From the NCBI GenBank assembly GCA_036704125.1, contig DATNQI010000060.1:7724-71723 (forward strand): 64,000 bases of DNA, given 5' to 3'. Source of the DNA: Pantanalinema sp. (GTDB lineage: Bacteria; Cyanobacteriota; Sericytochromatia; S15B-MN24; UBA4093). A program made the position numbers and the translations under genes. Below, one piece after another: positions 10,358-18,853 of this stretch (its first letter is position 1; each line of letters opens with the position of its first letter). Below the pieces are notes generated by a model, which was given only the letters and a program-made list of their open reading frames with translations, made no database searches and was not told where the DNA came from.

Positions 10358-11136
10358 CGCCCCCGTTCGAGCAGGGGCTCGCCCTTTCGGCCGACGCCCT
10401 CGAGAAGCGCTTCGGCGCCAAGACCGTCCTGTCCGGGGCCTCATGCGACTTCGAGCCGGGCGCGATCTCGGTGGTCATCGGGCCGTCGGGGTGCGGCAAG
10501 AGCACCCTGCTGCGGATGCTCATCGGCCTGGTCGCGCCGGACTCGGGGGCCATCTACTGCAACGGCGAGGACCTGACGCGGCTGGATCAGCGCGGCTGGA
10601 TCCGCTTTCGCCACGGGGTCGGGATGGTGTTCCAGTCAGGCGCCCTCTTCGACAGCATGACGGTCGCCGAGAACGTGGGCTTCTCGCTGCGCGAGCACAC
10701 CGCCATGCCGGAGGCCGAGATCCGCGAGATCGCGGACGCCAAGCTCGCGGTGGTCGGCCTGGCGGGCACCGGCGACGCCTACCCGTCCGAGCTTTCGGGC
10801 GGCATGCAGAAGCGGGTCGCGATCGCGCGGGCCATCGCCCGCGATCCCCAGCTCATCCTTTACGACGAGCCGACCACCGGCCTCGACCCCATCACCTCGA
10901 CGGTCATCGAGGACCTGATCGTCCGCATCTCCCGCGAGACCCGGGCCACCTCGATCGTCGTCACGCACCAGCTCTCGACCATCTTCCGCACCGCCGACCG
11001 CATCACCATGGTCCACCAGGGGCGCGTGATCGGCAGCGGCACCCCCGACCAGATGCGCGAGAGCACCGACCCCGTCATCGCGTCGTTCTTGAGCGGGGAG
11101 CCCCCGGCTCACCCCGACGAGAGGAGGCACCCTTGA
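10354..11136 (+). CDS. mlaF: MlaF-family ABC transporter ATP-binding protein
   Basis: Walker A GPSGCGKST, signature LSGGMQKR, Walker B LILYDEPT. GTG 10354 overlaps the mlaE stop. The upstream part of the 10018 track ORF is a shadow. Confidence 0.85.
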   Translation: MTPPFEQGLALSADALEKRFGAKTVLSGASCDFEPGAISVVIGPSGCGKSTLLRMLIGLVAPDSGAIYCNGEDLTRLDQRGWIRFRHGVGMVFQSGALFDSMTVAENVGFSLREHTAMPEAEIREIADAKLAVVGLAGTGDAYPSELSGGMQKRVAIARAIARDPQLILYDEPTTGLDPITSTVIEDLIVRISRETRATSIVVTHQLSTIFRTADRITMVHQGRVIGSGTPDQMRESTDPVIASFLSGEPPAHPDERRHP

Positions 11137-12443
11137 AGCTCACGGCCCCCGCCAAGGTGGGTGCGTTCACCGTCCTGTCACTCCTGCTTCTGGTCGTCGG
11201 CCTGAGCTGGCTGACGCAGACCTCCTTCCGCCCGAGGGGCTACCACCTCAAGGTGGTCTTCAACGACGTGGACGGTCTGTTGCCCGGCGCCAACGTCCTC
11301 TTGATGGGCGTGAAGGTCGGCCGGGTCGCGGGCCTTTCGCCCGAGGAGCGGCTGGTGGTGGTGGACGCCGAGATCGCCGATCCCAAGACCCGCATCTTCA
11401 CGGGCTCGTACTTCAAGATCCTCAGCAAGGGGATCATCGGCGAGAAGGCCCTCGAGATCTTCCCGCCCGAGGACCTTCTCGCCGACACCCTCGCGCACGA
11501 CGCCACCGTCTACGGTACCAACCCCGCCCGCCTCGACGTGGCGATCGAGCAGGCCAACAAGGCCCTGCGATCGCTGCGCGACCTGGCCGACTCGCCCGAG
11601 ACGCGCCTGGCCCTCAAGGACGGCCTCTCGCAGGTCAAGGCCACCATGGCGGGCCTCAACGCCCTCATCGCCCACACCGACCAGGTCGCGGTCGACGCGC
11701 GCCGCTTGGTGGGCACCGCCGACGCGATCGCAGGCTCGCTCCCCCCCGACGAGCTGCGTGCCATCGTCGCCGACCTGCGCGCGCTGAGCGGCGGGGTCCG
11801 CAAGGGCTACGAGACCCTCGCCGGCGAAGGCGACCAGCTCGCCGACGCCCGCGCGGCCCTCGGCAGTCTCAAGCGCCTCACCGAGCGCCTCGATTCTCTG
11901 GCGGGGCAGGTCGAGTCCTTCTCGCATGACCCCAAGCTCAAGCGCGACGTCACCGAGATCGTCACCACCTCGCGCGACATCGTCTCCAAGGCCGCCCACG
12001 CCGCCAGCAACCCGCCCGGCATCTCGCCGCGCTTCGACCTGATGGGCGTCCAGGAGGCACAGCGCTCGTACGTCAACGGCAACTTCACCATGGGCCTTCA
12101 CCTGGCCCAGGACTCCTTTTTGCTCGGCGTCGAGGAGATCGGCGAGAAGAACCTCTGGAACGCCTACTGGGGCAAGCCCAACTTCCTCGGCGACGGCCTG
12201 AGCTTCCACCTGGGGATGATCCGCAGCAAGATCGGCGCGGGCCTCGACTGGGCCCCCGCCAAGGACATGGCCCTGACCGGCGAGGTCTTCAACCCCGTCA
12301 CCCCCGGCCTGCGCCTCTCGGGCGTGTACTACCCCGGCTGGTGGGGGCATCGCTACGGCCTGACCGGCGCCTGGCTCAAGGATCTCTCGGACCCGAGCGA
12401 CAACCGGCTGTACGTGGGGGTCCAGTGGCGTCCGCTTGATTAA
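11133..12443 (+). CDS. mlaD: Elongated MlaD/MCE-domain protein with long helical region and beta-rich C-terminal domain
   Basis: TTG 11133 overlaps the mlaF stop, with GAGGAGG 5 nt upstream. It has an N-terminal TM segment and an MCE core YHLKVVFNDVDGLLPGANVLLMGVKVGRV. About 170 helical residues follow, then a ~130-aa Gly/aromatic-rich tail with alternating residues. Confidence 0.8.
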   Translation: MKLTAPAKVGAFTVLSLLLLVVGLSWLTQTSFRPRGYHLKVVFNDVDGLLPGANVLLMGVKVGRVAGLSPEERLVVVDAEIADPKTRIFTGSYFKILSKGIIGEKALEIFPPEDLLADTLAHDATVYGTNPARLDVAIEQANKALRSLRDLADSPETRLALKDGLSQVKATMAGLNALIAHTDQVAVDARRLVGTADAIAGSLPPDELRAIVADLRALSGGVRKGYETLAGEGDQLADARAALGSLKRLTERLDSLAGQVESFSHDPKLKRDVTEIVTTSRDIVSKAAHAASNPPGISPRFDLMGVQEAQRSYVNGNFTMGLHLAQDSFLLGVEEIGEKNLWNAYWGKPNFLGDGLSFHLGMIRSKIGAGLDWAPAKDMALTGEVFNPVTPGLRLSGVYYPGWWGHRYGLTGAWLKDLSDPSDNRLYVGVQWRPLD

Positions 12444-12503
12444 TCCCTCGCTCGCCAGGGTTTAAATCCGGAGAAGACCCGCTCGTTGTCTGTGGAGTAC
12501 CCG

Positions 12504-15500
12504 ATGCCCGACGCCATCGCAAACCGCTACGAAGTTCTCGCGGCCCTGGGGGAAGGGGGAATGGGCAAGGTCCTGTCGGTCCACGACACCCTCAACGACC
12601 GCGAGGTGGCGCTCAAGCTGTTGCGCTCGCGGGGCTCGGGCACCCTCCAGCAGCTCAAGCACGAGTTCTGGACCATGACGCGGCTGCGGCATCCGAACAC
12701 CGTCGAGGTCTACGACTACGGCGCCCTGGAGGACGGCACCCCCTACTTCACCATGGAGGTGGTGCCGGGCAAGGGCCTCGACGCGCTTTCGCCCATGACG
12801 AGTACGGCGGTGCGCGAGGTGCTCGTCGCCGTGTGCCAGGCCCTCGGCTACATCCACGCCCAGGGCTACGTCCACGGCGACCTCAAGCCCGAGAACATCC
12901 GCCTGGCCGACTCGGGCGTCGTGAAGCTGATGGACTTCGGCCTCATGGAGCGCGCCGGGCGAGCGGGGGGCACCATCCGGGGCACCCTGCGCTACATGGC
13001 CCCCGAGATCGCGCGCGGGGGCGCAGTCGATCGCCGCGCGGACCTGTACGCGCTGGGCTGCGTGGCCTATCACCTGCTCACGGGGCAGCCCCCCTACCCC
13101 GAGACCGAGGCGCGCGCCCTGATCAGGGCCCACCTGGAGGCCCCCTTGCCGCCGGCGCCCGGGCCCGACCCGGAGCTCGCCGCGCTCGTGCTGCGCCTGA
13201 TGGCCAAGGATCCCCTGCAGCGCTGCCAGTCGGCCGCCGAGGTCCTCTCGCGCCTCGGCCTCGACGCCGAGGAGGCGGCCATGCCGCTGCTCTCGGCGGG
13301 CTTCGTCGGGCGCGAGGCCGAGACCGGCGCCTTTGGCGAGCGCCTCGGCGCGGGGCCCGGCGCGGCGCTCAGCGTGCTGGGCGAGCCGGGCAGCGGCAAG
13401 AGCCGCCTGGCCCAGGAGCTCAACCTGATCGCCCAGCTCCAGGAGCGGGCCACGGCGCTCGTGCGCTGCCGGGAGCACGCGGCCCCCTACGAGAGCCTGG
13501 TCACGGCCCTGCGCGCCCTGATGCCGCTCGCCAGGTCCGCCTGCCCCGCGATCCTCGAAGCCCAGGCGCCGGTGCTCGCCCGCCTTCTGCCCGAGCTCGC
13601 GGGGGCCGAGCCGCCCGAGGCCCTGGAGCCCCAGCAGGAGAAGATGCGCCTCCAGGCCGCCGTCACGGAGGTGCTCTCGGCCGTCGCCCGCGCGCGGGGG
13701 CTGGTGCTCATCGTCGACGACGCCCAGTGGCTCGACGCCCCCTCGCTGGAGCTGATCGAGCACCTGGAGCGCAACGCGCACGACCTCGCGTTCTGGATGG
13801 TGCTCGTCGGCCACGAGGCCCCTTGGCTCGAGCCCATGCGCCTCTCCAACCTGGACGAGGCCGAGGCCCGCGCCATGGCGGCCTCCATGCTGGGCAGCCT
13901 CGCTCTCGCCGACGACCTCTTCGCGCCCCTGCTGACCCTCACCCGGGGCAATCCCCGTCACCTGTCCGACCTCCTACACCACCTGGTCGAGGCCGGCCTC
14001 CTGGTGCGCGACGGCGGCGCGTGGCGCCTGGAGGGGGGGCTCGATCTCGCGGCCCTGCCGAAGGACCTGCAGGGCATCAACGCCCAGAAGCTGGACGCCC
14101 TCGCCCCCGAGGCGATCGCGATCGCGCGGGCCGTGGCGCTCGCGCTCCGCGCCCCTCTCGCCCTCTTGGAGCGCGTCGAGGGGCTCCCGGTCGAGGAGCA
14201 GCTCTACCAGGCCCTCTGCGAGCTCGAGGGCGAGGGCGTGCTCGTGCTCGGCCCCGAGGGCTACGCGGTGACCCACCAAATGCTGCAGTCGCTCGTCGTG
14301 GGCGCGATGGGCGAGCGCGAGCGAAAGGCCCTGCACGGGCGCATCGCCCTGGCCCTGGTGCCGGGGCTGGAGGCCTCGCCGAGGGACGCGGCCCTGCTCA
14401 ACGCGGTGGCCGACCACATGCTCGAAAGCGACGCGCCCGCTGGCGCCGCCCCCTACGCCGTGGCCGCCGCCGAGCGCAACCTCGAGCTCTTCGCCAACGC
14501 CGAGGCCCGGCGCTACCTTTCAGCCGGCCTTTCGGCCCTGGATGCGGCCGAGCCCGACCCCGCGCTGCGCCTGCGCTACCTGAGCGCCCTGGGCGACGTG
14601 GACCGCCGCCTGGGCGACTTCCAGCAGGCGTGCGCCTGGTTCGAGGAGGCCCTCGCGCTCGGGACGGCGAGCGGCGACCCGGTTTTGAGGGCCCGGCTGC
14701 TCAACGGCCTGGGCAAGGCCCGCCAGGCCATGGCCGACTACCCGCGCGCGATGGAGGCCCTCGCCGAGAGCGCCGAGCTCGCCGAGGCGGCCGGCGCCGA
14801 TCGCGAGAGGGCGCGCGCCCTGACCACCCTCGGCCGGATTCGCTACTTCGGCGGGGACGTGGAGGAGAGCGTCCGCATCTACACCCTCGCCCTCGAGACC
14901 TCCCGCGAGGCCCAGCTCCCCCTGTACCTGGCCGAGAGCCTGGCCTTCCTCGGCTACCTCTTCGCCTCGGATCCCGAACGACAGGAGGAGGGGCTCGGCC
15001 ACCTCCAGGAGAGCCTGCTCATCAAGCACGCCATCGGCGACAAGATGGGCCTCAACGACACCACCATGCTGCTCGGCAACGCCTACCTCGCGCTCGGCCG
15101 GTACGCCGAGGCCAACGAGTGCTTCCTCCAGTGCCAGGTGCTCAACGAGGAGACGGGCCAGCGCGACGAGGCCATCTTCGGCCTGTTGAACCTGGCCATC
15201 GTGGCCTTCGAGATGGGCGACCTCAAGGAGGCCCTGCGCCTCTCGGAGCTCGCGCGCGAGGGGGCCGTCCAGACCCAGAGCCGCTTCGCCGAGGGCATGG
15301 CCGTGACCCTCATGGGGATCTCGCGCCTCCACCTGGGCCAGCCGGGGCAGGGGATGGCCGAGGTGGACGCGGGGCTTGCGCTCGCGCGCGAGATGAACAA
15401 TCGCTACCTGGAAGTCACCATCGCCACTTACCGCGCCGACGCCCTGCTTCAGCTCGGTCGCCACGCGGAGGCGCTCGAATACGCGAATGCCGCCCTCGGC

Positions 15501-17729
15501 GTGGCCGAGGAAGGCGGGATGCGCGAGAACATCCCCCCCCTGCAAGTCATGGTGGGGCTCGCCCGGATCCTGACGGGCGAGCGCGAGGCGGCCCGCCTGT
15601 GCCTGGCGCAGGCCCGCAAGGCCGCAGAGGAGACCCGCGCCCGCGGCACCCTCGCCAAGGCCGGCTGGGCCCTGGCGCTGCTCACCGCCCAGCAGCGCGA
15701 CTACACCGGCGCCCAGAAGCTCGCCCACGAGGCCCTCCAGGACGCCGACGAGGTCGGCGCTCGCTACCTCTCTGCGCAGATCCACGCCCTCCTGGGCGAG
15801 CTTCAGCTGGTGCAGGAGCACCGCAGCCTCGCCAGCGAGCACCTGCGCAAGGCCCAGCACCTGGCCGAGAGCATCGGAAGCCCCCTGCTTCACGGCAGGG
15901 TCCTGCGCCTGCTCGCCGAGGCCGATCCGCTGCGCGCCGACGACCTCAGGCGCATGGCCAAGAACGGCGCCATGCGCCTCTACGACACCCTCGACGCCGA
16001 CGCGCGCGCCACCTTCGAGGCGGCCTGGCATGCGCCCTGGGTCCCGCGCGCGGCCGCGCGTCAGCAAGCGGGCACCTCGCTCGAGGAGCGCCTGGGCAGG
16101 CTCGGCGCCGACATGCAGGACCTGATCCAGAGCGCGAGGGACGAGGCCGCGCGCCACGCCGAGCTCGCGGACTCGCATCGCCACCTTGAGCAGCTGATCG
16201 ACTTCGCCCTCAAGATCAGCCAGATCCACGACCTGCAGCTGGTCCAGGAGATGGTCATGGGCCTGATCCTCGAGATCAGCGGGGCCGAGCGGGGCTTCTT
16301 GCTCCTGCTCAAGCACCACGAGCCCACCATCTGCCAGAAGCGGGGCATCGAGCCGTCCGCCCAGAGCGCCGACTGGCTGCGCTGCCAGGCGATCGCCGAC
16401 GAGGTGCTGAACAGCGAGCAGCCCCTTTACCTGAGGGACGCGAGCGCCGACGATCGCTTCGATTCGCTCGAGCAGGCGCCCGAGGCCCGGACCGCCCTGT
16501 GCGTCCCGCTCAAGATCCGCAATGCGGTGGTGGGGGCCGTCTACATGGATCGCCCGCTCGACAAGGGGGGGTTCGGCGACCACGACCTGGAGGTGGTGAC
16601 GAGCCTCGCCGCCCTCTCGGCCACCGCCATCGAGAACGCCAACCTGCACGAGGAGTGGCAGGACAAGAGCCGCAAGCTGGAGATGCTCAACCACCTCTCG
16701 CGGACCATCTCGACCACCCTGGTGACCGCGGAGGTCCTGGAGCTGGTGGTGAAGCTGACCCTCGAGGTGACGGGCGCCGAGCGCGGCTTCTTCATGCTCT
16801 GGGAGCAGGACCAGCTGAGCTGCCGGGCCGCCTTCGATCGCCTGGGCGCGCGGCTCGACCCCGAGGACGAGGCGATCAGCCGATCCATCTGCCAGAAGGT
16901 GCTGGAGAGCGGCCATCCGCTCTGCGTGGCCGACGCCCTCTCGGACGAGGAGTTCCAGGTCCAGGAGAGCATCATGGCCCTGGAGCTCCGGACGGTGATG
17001 TGCGTGCCGGTCATCGCCAAGCAATCGGTGCTCGGCCTGCTCTACGTGGATTCCCAGGCGATCGTCAACGCCTTTCGGGCCCACGACCTCGAGATCCTCG
17101 AGGCGATCGCCAACCACGCGTCGGTCGCCATCGAGAACGCCCACCTGTACACCCAGCTGGCGCGCCGCGCCCAGGAGCTCGAGGAGCTGGTCGCCCTCTA
17201 CGAGGAGGCCAACCTGCGGGCCTCGACCGACCCCCTGACCGGCCTCCACAACCGCCGCTTCTTCCAGGACCAGCTCAACCGCGACTTCGCCCAGGCCCGG
17301 CGCCACCGCCGGCACCTGAGCGTGATCATGCTGGACATCGACCACTTCAAGAGCTTCAACGACACCTACGGCCATGCGCTCGGCGACCAGGTGATCCAGA
17401 GCGTCGCCCAGGTGATCGGCCTGGCCGTGCGCCTGGCGGACGTGGTCGCCCGCTACGGTGGCGAGGAGTTCATCGTCGCCTTGCCCGACACCGACCTGGA
17501 GGGCGCGGTGATCGTCGCCGAGCGCATCCGGCGCTCGGTCGCCGAGATCGCGCTGAGCGATCCCGAGGGCAATCCCCTGCGCCAGATCACCGTGTCCCTG
17601 GGCGTGAGCGCCATCCGGCTCGAGGACGAGCGGATCGCCGAGCTGGTCGAGCGGGCGGATCGCGGCCTCTACGTGGCCAAGGTCAAGGGCCGCAACCAGA
17701 TCCGCGTCATCGACCAGGAGGACCGCTGA
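12504..17729 (+). CDS. Multidomain signalling protein: Ser/Thr kinase, AAA/STAND NTPase, TPR array, GAF, GAF, GGDEF diguanylate cyclase
   Basis: Kinase motifs GEGGMGKV, VALK, HGDLKPEN, DFG and APE. P-loop GEPGSGKS. A long TPR-like region and two GAF-like segments. The cyclase has GGEEF with an RLAD I-site 5 residues upstream. ATG 12504 has GGAG 6 nt upstream. Confidence 0.85.
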   Translation: MPDAIANRYEVLAALGEGGMGKVLSVHDTLNDREVALKLLRSRGSGTLQQLKHEFWTMTRLRHPNTVEVYDYGALEDGTPYFTMEVVPGKGLDALSPMTSTAVREVLVAVCQALGYIHAQGYVHGDLKPENIRLADSGVVKLMDFGLMERAGRAGGTIRGTLRYMAPEIARGGAVDRRADLYALGCVAYHLLTGQPPYPETEARALIRAHLEAPLPPAPGPDPELAALVLRLMAKDPLQRCQSAAEVLSRLGLDAEEAAMPLLSAGFVGREAETGAFGERLGAGPGAALSVLGEPGSGKSRLAQELNLIAQLQERATALVRCREHAAPYESLVTALRALMPLARSACPAILEAQAPVLARLLPELAGAEPPEALEPQQEKMRLQAAVTEVLSAVARARGLVLIVDDAQWLDAPSLELIEHLERNAHDLAFWMVLVGHEAPWLEPMRLSNLDEAEARAMAASMLGSLALADDLFAPLLTLTRGNPRHLSDLLHHLVEAGLLVRDGGAWRLEGGLDLAALPKDLQGINAQKLDALAPEAIAIARAVALALRAPLALLERVEGLPVEEQLYQALCELEGEGVLVLGPEGYAVTHQMLQSLVVGAMGERERKALHGRIALALVPGLEASPRDAALLNAVADHMLESDAPAGAAPYAVAAAERNLELFANAEARRYLSAGLSALDAAEPDPALRLRYLSALGDVDRRLGDFQQACAWFEEALALGTASGDPVLRARLLNGLGKARQAMADYPRAMEALAESAELAEAAGADRERARALTTLGRIRYFGGDVEESVRIYTLALETSREAQLPLYLAESLAFLGYLFASDPERQEEGLGHLQESLLIKHAIGDKMGLNDTTMLLGNAYLALGRYAEANECFLQCQVLNEETGQRDEAIFGLLNLAIVAFEMGDLKEALRLSELAREGAVQTQSRFAEGMAVTLMGISRLHLGQPGQGMAEVDAGLALAREMNNRYLEVTIATYRADALLQLGRHAEALEYANAALGVAEEGGMRENIPPLQVMVGLARILTGEREAARLCLAQARKAAEETRARGTLAKAGWALALLTAQQRDYTGAQKLAHEALQDADEVGARYLSAQIHALLGELQLVQEHRSLASEHLRKAQHLAESIGSPLLHGRVLRLLAEADPLRADDLRRMAKNGAMRLYDTLDADARATFEAAWHAPWVPRAAARQQAGTSLEERLGRLGADMQDLIQSARDEAARHAELADSHRHLEQLIDFALKISQIHDLQLVQEMVMGLILEISGAERGFLLLLKHHEPTICQKRGIEPSAQSADWLRCQAIADEVLNSEQPLYLRDASADDRFDSLEQAPEARTALCVPLKIRNAVVGAVYMDRPLDKGGFGDHDLEVVTSLAALSATAIENANLHEEWQDKSRKLEMLNHLSRTISTTLVTAEVLELVVKLTLEVTGAERGFFMLWEQDQLSCRAAFDRLGARLDPEDEAISRSICQKVLESGHPLCVADALSDEEFQVQESIMALELRTVMCVPVIAKQSVLGLLYVDSQAIVNAFRAHDLEILEAIANHASVAIENAHLYTQLARRAQELEELVALYEEANLRASTDPLTGLHNRRFFQDQLNRDFAQARRHRRHLSVIMLDIDHFKSFNDTYGHALGDQVIQSVAQVIGLAVRLADVVARYGGEEFIVALPDTDLEGAVIVAERIRRSVAEIALSDPEGNPLRQITVSLGVSAIRLEDERIAELVERADRGLYVAKVKGRNQIRVIDQEDR

Positions 17730-17854
17730 GCCTCACTTAACGAAACAATAATGATCTCTCAACATCCCGTTGAAAGGAGCGAGGGTTCAGGCGGGTATAA
17801 GGCCCTTGGCAAGCAAAACGCGCAAGACGTAAGCAAATCATCTGGAGGGCTGGT

Positions 17855-18100
17855 ATGAACATCGGGAATTTTGTGGGCGGCCTCGTCCAGGGGTTGTTCG
17901 GCGGCGGTAAGGCCGGCAACGCCATCGGCAACGCCATCGGTGGCCTGATCAACGGCGGCAAGGCCGAGGACATCTTCAAGGACCTCTTCAAGAACCTCTT
18001 CACCGACACCTCGACCGCCGGCACCCCCGCGGGCGAGAAGGCGGGCTCCACCGGCTCGACCGTCATCCGGTCCCTGATGACCGAGGTCACGAAGAAGTAA
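17855..18100 (+). CDS. Small glycine-rich hypothetical protein (81 aa)
   Basis: ATG with GGAGGG 6 nt upstream. GC3-rich codons contrast with the AT-rich leader. The sequence is MNIGNFVGGLVQGLFGGGKAGNAIGNAIGGLINGGK followed by a charged/Thr-rich tail. A strong hairpin lies downstream. Confidence 0.6.
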   Translation: MNIGNFVGGLVQGLFGGGKAGNAIGNAIGGLINGGKAEDIFKDLFKNLFTDTSTAGTPAGEKAGSTGSTVIRSLMTEVTKK

Positions 18101-18126
18101 GGTTCCGCGCTTCAACTTTGGACCTT

Positions 18127-18168
18127 CGCGAAGGGAGGGGCGATCCGAGGATCGCCCCTCCCTTCGCG
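18127..18168. terminator. Long perfect hairpin between convergent genes (possible bidirectional terminator)
   Basis: 20-nt arms CGCGAAGGGAGGGGCGATCC / GGATCGCCCCTCCCTTCGCG separated by 2 nt. There is no clear U-tract on either side. Confidence 0.5.
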
Positions 18169-18180
18169 TCCATTGCCGGC

Positions 18181-18810
18181 TCAGCGCTGGTTCAGCATCC
18201 CGGCGTCCAGCTCCGCCTTCTGGTAGCCCGCAGGGACGCCGAACAGGCCCGCGGGCTGCTGACCCTTGGTCACGCGCGAGATCGCGATCCGGAAGCGCGG
18301 CTTGCCCGCCACCGATCCCTCGATCTGCATGGGCAGCTCCAGCGCGTCCGAGAGCCAGACGGTGTAGTCGGTGCCGCCGATGGTCTTCTGGTAACCGGTG
18401 CAGCGCTGGGCGCCCTTGACCTCGGTGCCGCTCAGGCGCCTTGCGCCCTTGAGCTGGGTCTTCCAGGCGGCCATGTCGAGGAACTGCTCGACCGACGGCA
18501 CGCCGGCCTGGCCACCGATGGCGTCGGCGGTCATGACGAAGGCCATCTTCTGGGCGGTGTCCAGCAGGGTGATCTGGGTCGAGCCCCGCTTGGCGAGCAG
18601 GATCGACTCGCCCATGGAGGGCTGCACCAGCTCGAGGCGCATCTTGCCGTCCTGGTAGTAGAGCGTCACCGGCGTGCGCTGCTCCGGGGCGTTGGCTCCG
18701 GCAAAGGAGACGGCGGTCCCCTCGGCCTTGAAGGCGCTCGGCGGAGCGGCGAAGGCGGGGGCGACGGGCAGGGCGAACGCCAGGATCAAGGGCAACGAGG
18801 CGCGTTTCAC
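18181..18810 (-). CDS. Secreted DUF4412/LolA-like hypothetical protein
   Basis: Signal peptide MKRASLPLILAFALPVAPAFA. GTG start with AAGGAGG upstream. It is the last gene of the Bat-like cluster. Confidence 0.55.
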   Translation of the reverse strand: MKRASLPLILAFALPVAPAFAAPPSAFKAEGTAVSFAGANAPEQRTPVTLYYQDGKMRLELVQPSMGESILLAKRGSTQITLLDTAQKMAFVMTADAIGGQAGVPSVEQFLDMAAWKTQLKGARRLSGTEVKGAQRCTGYQKTIGGTDYTVWLSDALELPMQIEGSVAGKPRFRIAISRVTKGQQPAGLFGVPAGYQKAELDAGMLNQR

Positions 18811-18853
18811 GGGACCTCCTTATCGCGAACGGGACGGTACCATTCTACCGCAT

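Noticed and set aside
14520-17375. 951-aa minus-strand ORF. Similar long antisense ORFs lie at 447..2093, 2090..4699, 4896..6146, 36270..37625 and 55522..57972.
   Set aside because: All lie wholly inside and opposite to genes with clear domain signatures. Stop codons are rare in off-frames at this GC content. No recognisable motifs were seen.
17770-17801. TTGAAA ... TATAAG promoter for the glycine-rich peptide gene
   Set aside because: The spacer is 20 nt, too long for a standard sigma70 promoter, so it is not reported as a feature.
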